Assembly (NCBI RefSeq): GCF_000008665.1
Contig: NC_000917.1
Coordinates: forward strand, 210,001-242,000
DNA: 32,000 nt
From: Archaeoglobus fulgidus DSM 4304
Lineage (GTDB): Archaea; Halobacteriota; Archaeoglobi; Archaeoglobales; Archaeoglobaceae
Reading direction: 5' to 3'
Shown: positions 9,581-18,357 of the stretch, piece by piece
How positions within the stretch are numbered: position 1 is the stretch's first letter
How the letters are laid out: every line of letters starts with the position of its first letter
Program-made: the position numbers and the translations under genes
Notes under the pieces: model-generated
The model's input: the letters and a program-made list of their open reading frames with translations, nothing else
Told to the model about the DNA's origin: nothing
Databases searched by the model: none

Positions 9581-9695
9581 TTAGAGACTATTTCCATTAA
9601 ACTCTCGGCGGTGAATATGATTCAATTGTAAATAAAAAAAATTGAGAATGGAAAAAGCTTTATACGGAGAGGAATTAGCCAGAATTGGTGGTTAA

Positions 9696-10925
9696 ATGAA
9701 TATCTTTGACAATATTTTGAGCTCAGCGACAATATTTAAAAATAGAGATGTTTTAAGGCATAGTTACACACCAGAAAAGCTCCCGCACAGGGAAGAGCAG
9801 ATCAACCAGCTTGCACTACTGCTCTCCCCCATGCTTAGGGGCGGGACTCCCTCAAACATCTTCATTTACGGAAAAACAGGTACGGGAAAAACCGCAACCG
9901 TGCTTTTTGTAGCCAGACAGCTGGAGGAGGCGAGCAGGAAGGCGAAGCTGAATGTAGCGGTACATTACATAAACTGCGAGATCGTTGATACCGCCTACAG
10001 GGTTCTTGCAAGCCTGGCGAGAAAGTTCGGCAGCAACGTCCCCATGACCGGCTGGCCTACCGACCAGGTTTATGAAGAGGTCAAAAAAGCTCTTGAGAGG
10101 AGAGGAACCAGAGTTGTTGTTATTCTCGACGAAATAGACAAGCTGGTTAAGAAGGCCGAGGAAGCTCTGTACGGCCTCACGAGGATAAACTCGGAGCTTG
10201 AGAATTCGAGCATCTGCATTGTTGGGATATCTAACAACCTGAAATTCAAGGAGTATCTGGATGCGAGAATTTTGAGCTCGCTCAGCGAGGAAGAGATTGT
10301 TTTTCCGCCATACAATGCAGAGCAGCTTGAGGACATTCTGCAGCAGAGGGCAAAGCTGGCTTTTGAGGACGGAGTGCTGGAGGATGGAGTTATCCAGCTC
10401 TGCGCTGCAATAGCTGCTCAGGAGCACGGTGATGCGAGAAAAGCCCTCGATTTGCTGAGAGTGAGTGCTGAGATTGCTGAGAGGGAAAGGGACAGCATGG
10501 TGAGGGTTGAGCACGTTAAGAAGGCCGTAAGGAAAATTGAGACAGACTACATGATTGAGACAGTAAGGACTTTACCGGTTCACAGCAAAATTCTGCTCTA
10601 CAGCATGTCCTTGATTTCTGAGAACTCGCCAAAGTTCACGACAGGGGAGGTTTACTGCGTTTACAAGAAGCTTTGCGGAAAGGTTGGAGTTGACCCGCTC
10701 ACGCAGAGAAGAATCAGTGATTTGATTTCTGAACTCGATATGCTCGGAATTCTGAACTCCGTTGTAATATCCAAAGGGAGGTATGGCAGGACAAGGGAGA
10801 TGAAGCTTGAAGCTGACGAAAAAGTTCTTAGAAAAGCTCTTGAGGAAGATTACAGGCTGCAAAACCTCAGAAAATTCGAGGGGGAGCTGAAGAAGCTGGC
10901 GAACCTCAACTTATTCCAGTTTTAG
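9696..10925 (+). CDS. cdc6: Orc1/Cdc6 replication initiator
   Basis: FIYGKTGTGKTATVLFVARQL Walker A, VVVILDEIDKL Walker B, winged-helix C-terminus. Confidence 0.96.
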   Translation: MNIFDNILSSATIFKNRDVLRHSYTPEKLPHREEQINQLALLLSPMLRGGTPSNIFIYGKTGTGKTATVLFVARQLEEASRKAKLNVAVHYINCEIVDTAYRVLASLARKFGSNVPMTGWPTDQVYEEVKKALERRGTRVVVILDEIDKLVKKAEEALYGLTRINSELENSSICIVGISNNLKFKEYLDARILSSLSEEEIVFPPYNAEQLEDILQQRAKLAFEDGVLEDGVIQLCAAIAAQEHGDARKALDLLRVSAEIAERERDSMVRVEHVKKAVRKIETDYMIETVRTLPVHSKILLYSMSLISENSPKFTTGEVYCVYKKLCGKVGVDPLTQRRISDLISELDMLGILNSVVISKGRYGRTREMKLEADEKVLRKALEEDYRLQNLRKFEGELKKLANLNLFQF

Positions 10926-10967
10926 AAAGACTTTTATTTTCTTTTATCAACTTTTCCTACCCGGCGT

Positions 10968-11029
10968 GCCCGCCAGCCATGCGTTCCCTGATTGGTGAGG
11001 GGAATTCCACTTGGCGGGCTACAATTTTT
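10968..11029 (+). ncRNA. Candidate structured RNA (H/ACA-like) or terminator hairpin downstream of cdc6
   Basis: 8-bp stem GCCCGCCA (10968-10975)/TGGCGGGC (11012-11019); inner stem TTCCC/GGGAA (10984-10988/11000-11004) with loop TGATTGGTGAG; ACA at 11021-11023; T5 at 11025-11029. Confidence 0.35.
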
Positions 11030-11059
11030 GCTTTATTGGAGCTTTTACCTATGTAAACC

Positions 11060-11692
11060 TCAACCCCTCCTGACCACGTAAATTGCATCGGCAAGCTTCT
11101 TGTCGAGGGCGAACTGGGTGTTTTCAATCTGAATAACAAAGGCGGGATAAACCCTTATGACCTTTAACCCAACACCGGGAATTATGCCTGCTGAGATTAA
11201 CATCCTTGTTTCCCTGTCATCAGCCACGGTGTACTTGACTTCTGCCTCGTCTCCCGGAGAGAGCTCACTCAGCCTGTAGATGACCTTCTCCACCTCTGTT
11301 TCCTTCTCTATGCAGCAGTGGCCCTGAGGAATTTTCCTGCCATGCGGGCAGACCTGAGGATGTCCCAGTAAGGTGCATATCGCCTCCTCAGCCTCATCGT
11401 CAATTAGATGCTCGAACTTGCAAGCGTGCTCTTCAACATCCTTAAACCCCAAAATGTCGCTAAGGAGCCTTTCAGCAAGTCTGTGAAGCCTAACGATTTT
11501 CTCTGCCTTTTTCCTACCTTTATCTGTCAGCTTGATAATGCCTCCGTCAACTGTCAGCAATCCTTCTCTCTTCAGCTCTTCCAGTGCCTCTGTTTCCACA
11601 GAATCGACTTTAAGCCTTTTTCCTTCCTCCTCTGCCATCCATACATCTCTCAGGATGTTCTCCGCAGTTTCTGAAAGCTTTAAAACCGTCAA
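11060..11692 (-). CDS. DtxR-family metal-dependent repressor fused to a C-terminal FeoA-like domain
   Basis: Winged-helix region, HACKFEHLIDDEAEEAICTLLGHPQVCPHGRKIP metal/dimerization region, then an SH3-like FeoA segment (LSPGDEAEVKYT...GLKVIRVYPAFVIQIENTQFALDKKLADAIYVV). Confidence 0.88.
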   Translation of the reverse strand: MTVLKLSETAENILRDVWMAEEEGKRLKVDSVETEALEELKREGLLTVDGGIIKLTDKGRKKAEKIVRLHRLAERLLSDILGFKDVEEHACKFEHLIDDEAEEAICTLLGHPQVCPHGRKIPQGHCCIEKETEVEKVIYRLSELSPGDEAEVKYTVADDRETRMLISAGIIPGVGLKVIRVYPAFVIQIENTQFALDKKLADAIYVVRRG

Positions 11693-13608
11693 ACCACCCC
11701 CATCATAACAGCAGTGGCGTAGCCTGCAGTAAAGGCTATCGCCACAGACAGCAAGAATACAGCTATTCCCTGCTTTATCCCCCTCTCCTTGCAGATGATG
11801 CTGAACTGGGCTATGCAGGGAACAAAGAGAGTTAGAGTGACCATCGCAACAACAACCTGTCCGTAGCTCAGCAAACCCTCGCTGGAGATGTCAAAAAGTC
11901 CTGCAGCTCCGTAATCCCTCCTGAAAAACCCGTAAAGGAACACTTCGGAGGCTTTGGGTGGAAGTCCTATTGCGGAGACTGGTACACTCAGTGCTGAAAC
12001 TATGATGTCAAAGGCGGTCGTTATTCTTCCAATCCAGATCAAAACGCTTATGAGGACAAAAATCGGGAGAACTTCCTTAAAGTACCACTCCAATCTCGAA
12101 ACGGTTTTGTAAAACACATTTTCAGGCCTTGGGACCCTTATGGGAGGTATTTCCATGAAGAAAACTGCTCTCTCACCCGGAATCACCCTTGAGGAAATAA
12201 ATCCCGCTATCAGCAGAACTGCAGTAACCACTGAGATCCATATCATCATCGCCCTGAAGTCAGGGGCAATTCCGAGCATCACGCCAAGCTGAGCGCTGCA
12301 TGGAATGCCCACTGCAAGGAGAATCGTGGCAATAACCCTCTCCCTCCACGTTTCGAGAATTCTTGTAACAATAACGGCCATCGTTCCGCATCCAGTTCCG
12401 AGGAGAAGTGGGATAACAGCTCTGCCACTCATCCCGATTTTCTTGAAAATTCCATCCAGCAGGTAAGCCGTCCTCGGAAGAATTCCCGAATCCTCAAGAA
12501 GGGAGAAGGCAATGAAGAAGGTTGTGACTATGGGGAAGATTATTGCAATTGCGTATCTGATTCCGAGAGTGATAATGCCGTACTCTCCGCCGATAAGCTC
12601 CCTCAGCCAGTAATTAGGAATGTTCTGCTCAAGAAAGGTGTTCACGGCAGTGTTAACGTTCTCCTCAAACCAAGTTTCAATTAAGTCAACGAGAATCTGA
12701 GCTCCCAGAATGCCTGCGAGAAGGTAGATGAAGGCGAGGGACAGAATTGTTAGGGGAATTCCGAAAAGGGGATTGAGGGCGAGAATACCGATTTTTCTTG
12801 CAATGCTGCTCTCCACGTCCCTCTCCTCGATAACGCCATCGAGAATTCTTTCGGCATTCTCATAGATTTCCCTCATTATCTCGTAGGGGAGAAGATTGCT
12901 TTTGCTGACCTTTTCCAGTATCTGAGGATAATTCTTCTCCCTCTTAACGGCCTCAAGTGACACTGAGTCTTTCAGAAGGAGAAGAATCGCCAGTCCTCTC
13001 TTTGAAATGCTGTATTCTCCTTCAATCAGCCCTTCAACCTCGGATACAACTTTCTCAACCTGTGGGGAGAAGCGAATTAACCTCTTTTTCTCTGGCTTTA
13101 AACCAATTCTCTTTCTTATTTCATCCTTCAGACGCCCAACTCCTCTCTTCTCAGTCGCAACGGTTTTCAGAACTGGAATGCCCAGTCTCTCCTCAAGCAG
13201 CTTCTCGTTTATGAAAATTCCAAACTTCTCGGCCTCATCAACGAGGTTCAGGACGAGTATGGTGTTGAACCCCGCCTCTATGAGCTGAAGGGTGAAGGGA
13301 AGCGCTCTCCTTATGTTCTTCGCATCAACAACGTGAACGACTAAATCAGCCTCCTCAAGCAGCTTTCTTGCCACCTCCTCCTCTCCCGTAACCGGAACGA
13401 GGGAGTGCATTCCCGGAGTGTCGATAATCTCCAGATCACCAAGTTTGGCAACGGCAATGTCGACTGTTGTGCCGGGGTAGTTGGAAATGGTCGCATACTT
13501 CCCGGTGAGGGCGTAAAATAGAGCGCTTTTCCCCACATTGGGGTTCCCCACGAGCGCCACCTTTTTTTCTGCAGTGACGGTTTCCGCTTTAACACTGTGA
13601 CATTCCAT
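11689..13608 (-). CDS. feoB: Ferrous iron transport protein B
   Basis: G-protein domain VALVGNPNVGKSALFYALTG...DTPGMHSL, multi-TM transporter with a GTGCGTMAVIVTRIL core; ATGA overlap with the next gene. Confidence 0.96.
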   Translation of the reverse strand: MECHSVKAETVTAEKKVALVGNPNVGKSALFYALTGKYATISNYPGTTVDIAVAKLGDLEIIDTPGMHSLVPVTGEEEVARKLLEEADLVVHVVDAKNIRRALPFTLQLIEAGFNTILVLNLVDEAEKFGIFINEKLLEERLGIPVLKTVATEKRGVGRLKDEIRKRIGLKPEKKRLIRFSPQVEKVVSEVEGLIEGEYSISKRGLAILLLLKDSVSLEAVKREKNYPQILEKVSKSNLLPYEIMREIYENAERILDGVIEERDVESSIARKIGILALNPLFGIPLTILSLAFIYLLAGILGAQILVDLIETWFEENVNTAVNTFLEQNIPNYWLRELIGGEYGIITLGIRYAIAIIFPIVTTFFIAFSLLEDSGILPRTAYLLDGIFKKIGMSGRAVIPLLLGTGCGTMAVIVTRILETWRERVIATILLAVGIPCSAQLGVMLGIAPDFRAMMIWISVVTAVLLIAGFISSRVIPGERAVFFMEIPPIRVPRPENVFYKTVSRLEWYFKEVLPIFVLISVLIWIGRITTAFDIIVSALSVPVSAIGLPPKASEVFLYGFFRRDYGAAGLFDISSEGLLSYGQVVVAMVTLTLFVPCIAQFSIICKERGIKQGIAVFLLSVAIAFTAGYATAVMMGVV

Positions 13609-13613
13609 TGGTT

Positions 13614-13629
13614 TTTAGGCTAACCTAAA
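13614..13629 (-). promoter_or_regulatory. DtxR/IdeR-type operator in the feoB promoter
   Basis: Minus strand TTTAGGTTAGCCTAAA: perfect TTTAGG/CCTAAA arms around TTAG, 5 bp upstream of the feoB ATG (13608). Confidence 0.72.
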
Positions 13630-13630
13630 T

Positions 13631-13644
13631 TATTTAAAGGTTTT
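13631..13644 (-). promoter_or_regulatory. BRE/TATA box for feoB
   Basis: Minus strand AAAACC-TTTAAATA, about 30 nt upstream of the ATG and directly upstream of the operator. Confidence 0.65.
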
Positions 13645-13716
13645 GGTCAAAAAATTCAAAACCGATTTTTTAATACAGAAAATTAAAGTTATTAACAACT
13701 TAGCCCTAAGCAAGCT

Positions 13717-15084
13717 GTGAAGTGTGCCGTAATCGTCGTAGTTGATGGTGTAAGCCACGGTGTTTTCTGGAGGCTTTTCAAAGCCGGGAAGCTCCCCTTT
13801 TTGGAGGAGATTTCAAAGGAGTCTCTTTTGATTGATGAATGCATCTCTGTCTTCCCCTCTGCCACTGTTAGCGGTCACGCTTCCATTTCAACGGCAGCAT
13901 TTCCGGGTGAGCACGGGCTTGTTGGGCAGGCGTGGTACGACAGAGCGAAAGGGGAGTATGTGGGATACGATTTCGAGCTAACAATGCCCGACAACTGGAT
14001 TGATGCTTCCACAAATCTTAACGATGAGCACCTTGTTGCGAAGACAGGCTTTGAGATGGCCAAGGATCTGGGTTTGAGAACATTCAGCGCTGATCTGGTG
14101 AGAAAGGGTGCAGACCTGAAGATGAGCTTCATATCTCCGGGAGAGGATAAAGGTGTGGCTGTTGCCAGCAAGCTCATGTTTTTGAGGAGGTTTGCAAGGC
14201 ATAGGGGGAGAAAGAAGAGCTCTTTCTTGAAAAAGTTGATTTTGAAGCTTTTCCCGCTGCACGTTCTGCAGCATGAGATTGCTGTGAGGAACACTCTTAA
14301 GGCTGTGAGAGCTGGATACAGGTTTGGAGTGACGTGGTTCATGGAGACGGATGCCGCATCGCACCTCTTCGGGCCTGACAGCTTCGAGGGGGAGGAGGGT
14401 AAGCCTTTCATCTACGATTCTGCAGAAGATGCAATCAGAGATGCTGACGAAGAGCTTGGGAAGCTCTACAGGGAGCTTGAAAAGGATTTTGAACCAGTTA
14501 TGGGTGTAGTTACGGACCACGGTCAGATGAGGCTTAAGGAGGGTGAGAAGTATCATGTTGATTTGGCAGAGGAGTTTGAAGAGTTCGGCCTCAACGCCTT
14601 CACCAACATCGATTACCACGAGTACAGGCAGAGAACAGGAAAGGAAGGTGATGCGGTTTTCGCACCAAGCGGTCCGAGGATGTGCCACATTTATGCTCTA
14701 AAACGGGAAGAAAAGGTTTTTGAAGCTCTAAGAGAATTCGAGAGTGTTGAGCACGTATTCTTCAAAAAGGATGGTGAAATTTACGTGGCAGACGAAAAGG
14801 AGGTGCTACCTCTCAGCGAATACGAGTTTGGCGAGGAGTATCCGATGGCCAAAGAGAGAGTTAAGGGTTTGTTGAAGAGCGAGAGGTGCGGTGACTTTGT
14901 TATTGCAGCAAGGAGGGGATATGAATTTGAGAGGGCAGACCACAAGGGGGCACATGGGGGGCTTTACTTTGAGGAGTCCGTTGGTTTCGGCCTAATCCAC
15001 AAGCCGGGATTGAAGGAGGAGTGGAAAGAAAGGGGGATGATTATGGATATTTTACCTGCAGTCCTCAAGCTTCTCAGTTCTTAG
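13717..15084 (+). CDS. Type I phosphodiesterase/nucleotide pyrophosphatase family protein
   Basis: VVDGVSHGVFWRLF...FPSATVSGHASISTAAFPGEHGLVGQAWYD; later VTDHGQMR and HKGAHGG metal-site motifs. Confidence 0.88.
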   Translation: MKCAVIVVVDGVSHGVFWRLFKAGKLPFLEEISKESLLIDECISVFPSATVSGHASISTAAFPGEHGLVGQAWYDRAKGEYVGYDFELTMPDNWIDASTNLNDEHLVAKTGFEMAKDLGLRTFSADLVRKGADLKMSFISPGEDKGVAVASKLMFLRRFARHRGRKKSSFLKKLILKLFPLHVLQHEIAVRNTLKAVRAGYRFGVTWFMETDAASHLFGPDSFEGEEGKPFIYDSAEDAIRDADEELGKLYRELEKDFEPVMGVVTDHGQMRLKEGEKYHVDLAEEFEEFGLNAFTNIDYHEYRQRTGKEGDAVFAPSGPRMCHIYALKREEKVFEALREFESVEHVFFKKDGEIYVADEKEVLPLSEYEFGEEYPMAKERVKGLLKSERCGDFVIAARRGYEFERADHKGAHGGLYFEESVGFGLIHKPGLKEEWKERGMIMDILPAVLKLLSS

Positions 15085-16141
15085 CGTAGCATGCTAAGGG
15101 TTTTCCTTCGAAGATTGCTGTGAGGCAGAGGTTGCAGGATTTGCAGTCTGAGGCATCAACCTCTCCGTTCATCATCTTTTTCGGCAGGTAGGGATCTCTG
15201 ATCAGAGGTCTGGACATTGAAACGAAGTCCACCTTTTTCAGCAGTTCCTCTGCAGTTTGCCTGCTTTTTATCCCTCCCACAGCCATTACTGGAATGCTAA
15301 CAGCCTCCTTTATCCTGAAGGCGTATTCCCTGAAGTAAGCCTCCCCGCTCTTAGCAACCTTCTGACTGACAACGTTGTAGCGGTTGTGGTAGATGGATTC
15401 ATACATTCCCCCGCTCACCTCAATGGCCTCAAAGCCAGCATCGTCGAGTAGCTTTGCAATCCTGACAGCCTCGTCAATTTCAAGCCCTCCGGGAACGAAG
15501 TCGCAGGCGTTCATCTTAATCATGACGGGGATTCTGCTCCTCTGCCTTATGCCATCGAAGATGTCGAGCAAAATCTTTGCCCTCTCCTGCCCGTACTCGT
15601 CCTTTCTTCTGTTGACATGGGGGGAGATGAACTCGCTTAACAGATAACCGTGGGCTGCGTGAAGCTGCACCGCATCGAAGCCAGCCTTCTCAGCCCTGAG
15701 GGCTGCCTTCACAAAGGCTTCTATCACTCTCTCAATGTCCTCTCTTGTCATCTCCCTCGGCTCAACTCCCGTGAAAGGGTCCTTTACCGCTGAAGGGGCA
15801 ATGGCGTTGCCCAGAAAAGTCTGCCTTCCAGCGTGGGCAAGCTGTGCAACAAAGACAGCATCCTTTGCAGCAGCCTTGACAGCTTCAACCAGCTTTGACA
15901 ACCCCTCGATGTGGCTGTCATCGCTTATGCCGGTCATCTTGAAGGAGGCTCTGCCATCCTCGCTCACGAACATGTAGCCCGTCACTATTGTTCCAGCACC
16001 ACCTTCCGCAAGCTTCGTGTAGAGTTCTATCATCTCCTCAGTCACAAAACCTTCCTTCGTGGCCATCGATTCTGCCGTTGCTGATCTGACGAGGCGGTTC
16101 TTCATTCTCAGGTGCTCAGTTTCTATAGGTGTGAAAAGCAT
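15074..16141 (-). CDS. Old yellow enzyme-family NADH:flavin oxidoreductase with C-terminal cysteine cluster
   Basis: MLFTPIETEHLRMKNRLVRSAT...FVAQLAHAGRQT...GFDAVQLHAAHGYLLSEFISPHVNRRKDEYG; C-terminal DCKSCNLCLTAIFEGKPLACYAKN. The ORF-track start (16210) adds a 23-aa non-conserved leader. Confidence 0.88.
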   Translation of the reverse strand: MLFTPIETEHLRMKNRLVRSATAESMATKEGFVTEEMIELYTKLAEGGAGTIVTGYMFVSEDGRASFKMTGISDDSHIEGLSKLVEAVKAAAKDAVFVAQLAHAGRQTFLGNAIAPSAVKDPFTGVEPREMTREDIERVIEAFVKAALRAEKAGFDAVQLHAAHGYLLSEFISPHVNRRKDEYGQERAKILLDIFDGIRQRSRIPVMIKMNACDFVPGGLEIDEAVRIAKLLDDAGFEAIEVSGGMYESIYHNRYNVVSQKVAKSGEAYFREYAFRIKEAVSIPVMAVGGIKSRQTAEELLKKVDFVSMSRPLIRDPYLPKKMMNGEVDASDCKSCNLCLTAIFEGKPLACYAKN

Positions 16142-16315
16142 GTAGCTTTTATTGATCGAGTATTGAAAAAAGTTCTGGTTTAAAGAGCGGTAGGATATGA
16201 AGATAGGCATATAGGTTGACGTAATAGTAAAAGTTTTTTTAAAAAGGTTATTTTTTTAAAATTAAGAAAACTGTCGCCGCCAAAATAACGAAAAAAGTTA
16301 ATTACTTCAATTCTG

Positions 16316-16606
16316 TTGGTTAAAATAGTGAGTGTCGAGGAGATTTCAGAAAAGTTGAAGGTGGACAAGCTGGCAATCTGCTCGGATGAGATATCGACTG
16401 TTGGTCTGGAACCTGATTTAGCGGCTGAATTGAAAGAGCTTATTTACGTCCTCGTTCCAGCGGAGAGCTTTCAAGGTTATCTCGCCGTTGATGGGCAGTA
16501 CGTGGTTTTCAGAAGGGATAGCAGAAAATGCGTTTTGGCAATCGTTGAGGAGGAGAGAGTTAGGTGGTGTCTCAGAAGACTTGAGGAGGTTTTGAATGGA
16601 AGCTGA
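16316..16606 (+). CDS. Conserved-type hypothetical protein, possibly roadblock/LC7-like
   Basis: 96-aa ORF (start TTG 16316 or GTG 16328), overlapped by the next ORF. Confidence 0.6.
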
Positions 16607-16928
16607 ATACGCGTACGTTGATGGAGAAGTAAAGGGAAACTCCAAAGTTGCAGTTTCGTATTTGAAAGCCATCAGAGAGCTCATCGAGAAGCTCGAAGTT
16701 AAAGAACTCGTTTTTGAGAGTGATGAGTATTCAGCGGTGCTTTTGAGTGAGCCTGTAATAATCTTCGTCAGGGTTAGGGGGGACATTTCCGCGGCAAAGG
16801 CCCATGCAAGGCGTATACTGAGGGAGCTCGGATACCTTGAGAAGGGCAATCTTGAAGAGGTTTTTGAGCTTGCGGAAAAAATTGAAAACATGCCCATTGA
16901 GGAAGTCGTGAAAATGCTCAGGAAATAA
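16596..16928 (+). CDS. Hypothetical protein, possible paralogue of the preceding ORF
   Basis: 110 aa; ATG overlaps the preceding ORF by 11 nt. Confidence 0.6.
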
Positions 16929-18102
16929 GCCTCTTAACCGTCCTGAAGCTCTCAACAATCTCTTTTCTCTTTGCAAAAAGAATTGGCAGCGAAAGAATGA
17001 TGTAAATTGCCGAGATAATGTATCTCACTTCCACTCCCGGAAACAACAGCTGGACGATGAACAGCAGGAAGAGGGCTGAAGCTTCCTTCCAGCTTATTTT
17101 CAGGTCAAGCAGAATGGCAACTGCAAACAGTGATTGGGCAGCAGTTAACAGAACCTCCTCGCTCTGCCTCGCATCCAGAGGGAGGCTCTGGAGCTTGAAT
17201 GCCGAGATGCTGTAGATGATTGCTATTGTTCCAATCAGAAGGGTCCACTGGTTGACTTTGGAGGAAATCAGGGCGTTCATTGAAGCTGAAACCCTGAATC
17301 TCCGAACGAAGTAAATCGCAACAATTAGCTCGGGAGACTCGCTGGCTAAGGGGGCAATCCATTGAACAGCGAGAAATTCATCAATCCCAGCAATTCTCGC
17401 CGTCTCAAGCAAACCTTCCGAGAAAGCTTCAACGCTCATCAAAATGGTAAAACCGGCAAAGAGAAACAGGACAACCACTGAAAGACGTCTTGTTTCAGTT
17501 TTCAAGCTGCAAAGGTAGGCTGGAACACCCCCAACCTCCACTTCTTCTCTCTCAGCCTTCGTGGAGAGGTAGATGTAGATGGCATACAGAGAGACAAAAA
17601 CAAGCGCATCGAAAGGTGAGATGTGTCCCTTAAGCGGTAAAGTGAAAGCGTAGAGAGTTGCAAGGAAAAGGAAAAAGATTTCAAGCCTTATTCCATCGTC
17701 AAGCTCCACTTCCTTGCTTTTAAGCGTCCTGAAAGCAATAAAGGCGACGAGGCTCCAGCCAATGCCTATCAGCAATCTGTTCGCTCCCGTCATGTTTGCT
17801 GTTGCATAGTGAACGTACTCTCCTCCCACGCTACCAGCCTTCCACGCAAAGTAGCCGTCAACCGCATACTCTGGCAGCACGGCAAGAAGGGCAACGATTG
17901 CCAAGCTGAAAGACCTTGGAACGTCCATCTCTGCAGTCTCTGCTGCCCAAGAAATGAGGAAGCTCGCAGAGACCACCGCTAAACCGGAAAGCAGAGTCTG
18001 GGTTAATGCAGGATGATGATAATTAAATGCGAGGGAAATCAGCCAAGGAAGGGTGAGAGATGAGATTGCAAGCAACTGAAATTTTTCTTTCGTGAAATCC
18101 AT
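16918..18102 (-). CDS. Cation antiporter of the CaCA (Na+/Ca2+ exchanger-like) superfamily
   Basis: Two degenerate alpha-repeats: [15 protein letters not shown]...[14 protein letters not shown] and [17 protein letters not shown]...[12 protein letters not shown]; about 10 TM segments. Confidence 0.78.
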
Positions 18103-18174
18103 GCTGGTAGGCTTTTTTGCGGTATTTAAAATTAAGGCGGAAATCGTTATTTACTCATACCTCCAACAGCATTC

Positions 18175-18357
18175 ATGAAAAGGAAGCTTCTGGAAATCCT
18201 CGCGTGTCCTCTCTGCAAGTCGGAATTGGAAGTTGAAGTGGTTGAGGAGAACGAAGAGGAGATTATATCTGGAAAGCTCGTTTGCAGCAGTTGTCGTGCT
18301 GAATTTCCCATTGAGGATGGGATTCCAGATTTGCGCCCTCCGGAGTTGAGACAATGA
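18175..18357 (+). CDS. Trm112-family zinc-binding protein
   Basis: [18 protein letters not shown]...[19 protein letters not shown]. Confidence 0.88.

Noticed and set aside
9852-10862. Antisense ORFs over orc1/cdc6
   Set aside because: Opposed to clear Walker A/B motifs.
10957-11139. 60-aa - strand ORF covering the candidate hairpin
   Set aside because: Overlaps the 3' end of dtxR-feoA in another frame; the base-paired structure explains the region better. Kept only as a test alternative (FeoC-like is not supported).
13978-14688. 236-aa antisense ORF in the pyrophosphatase gene
   Set aside because: Shadow of the alkaline-phosphatase superfamily gene.
16210-16316. AT-rich homopolymer segment considered as an origin or regulatory repeat
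   Set aside because: No repeated unit or dyad beyond simple A/T runs; likely ordinary divergent promoters.
18151-18354. 67-aa - strand ORF
   Set aside because: Antisense to the four-cysteine Trm112 protein.
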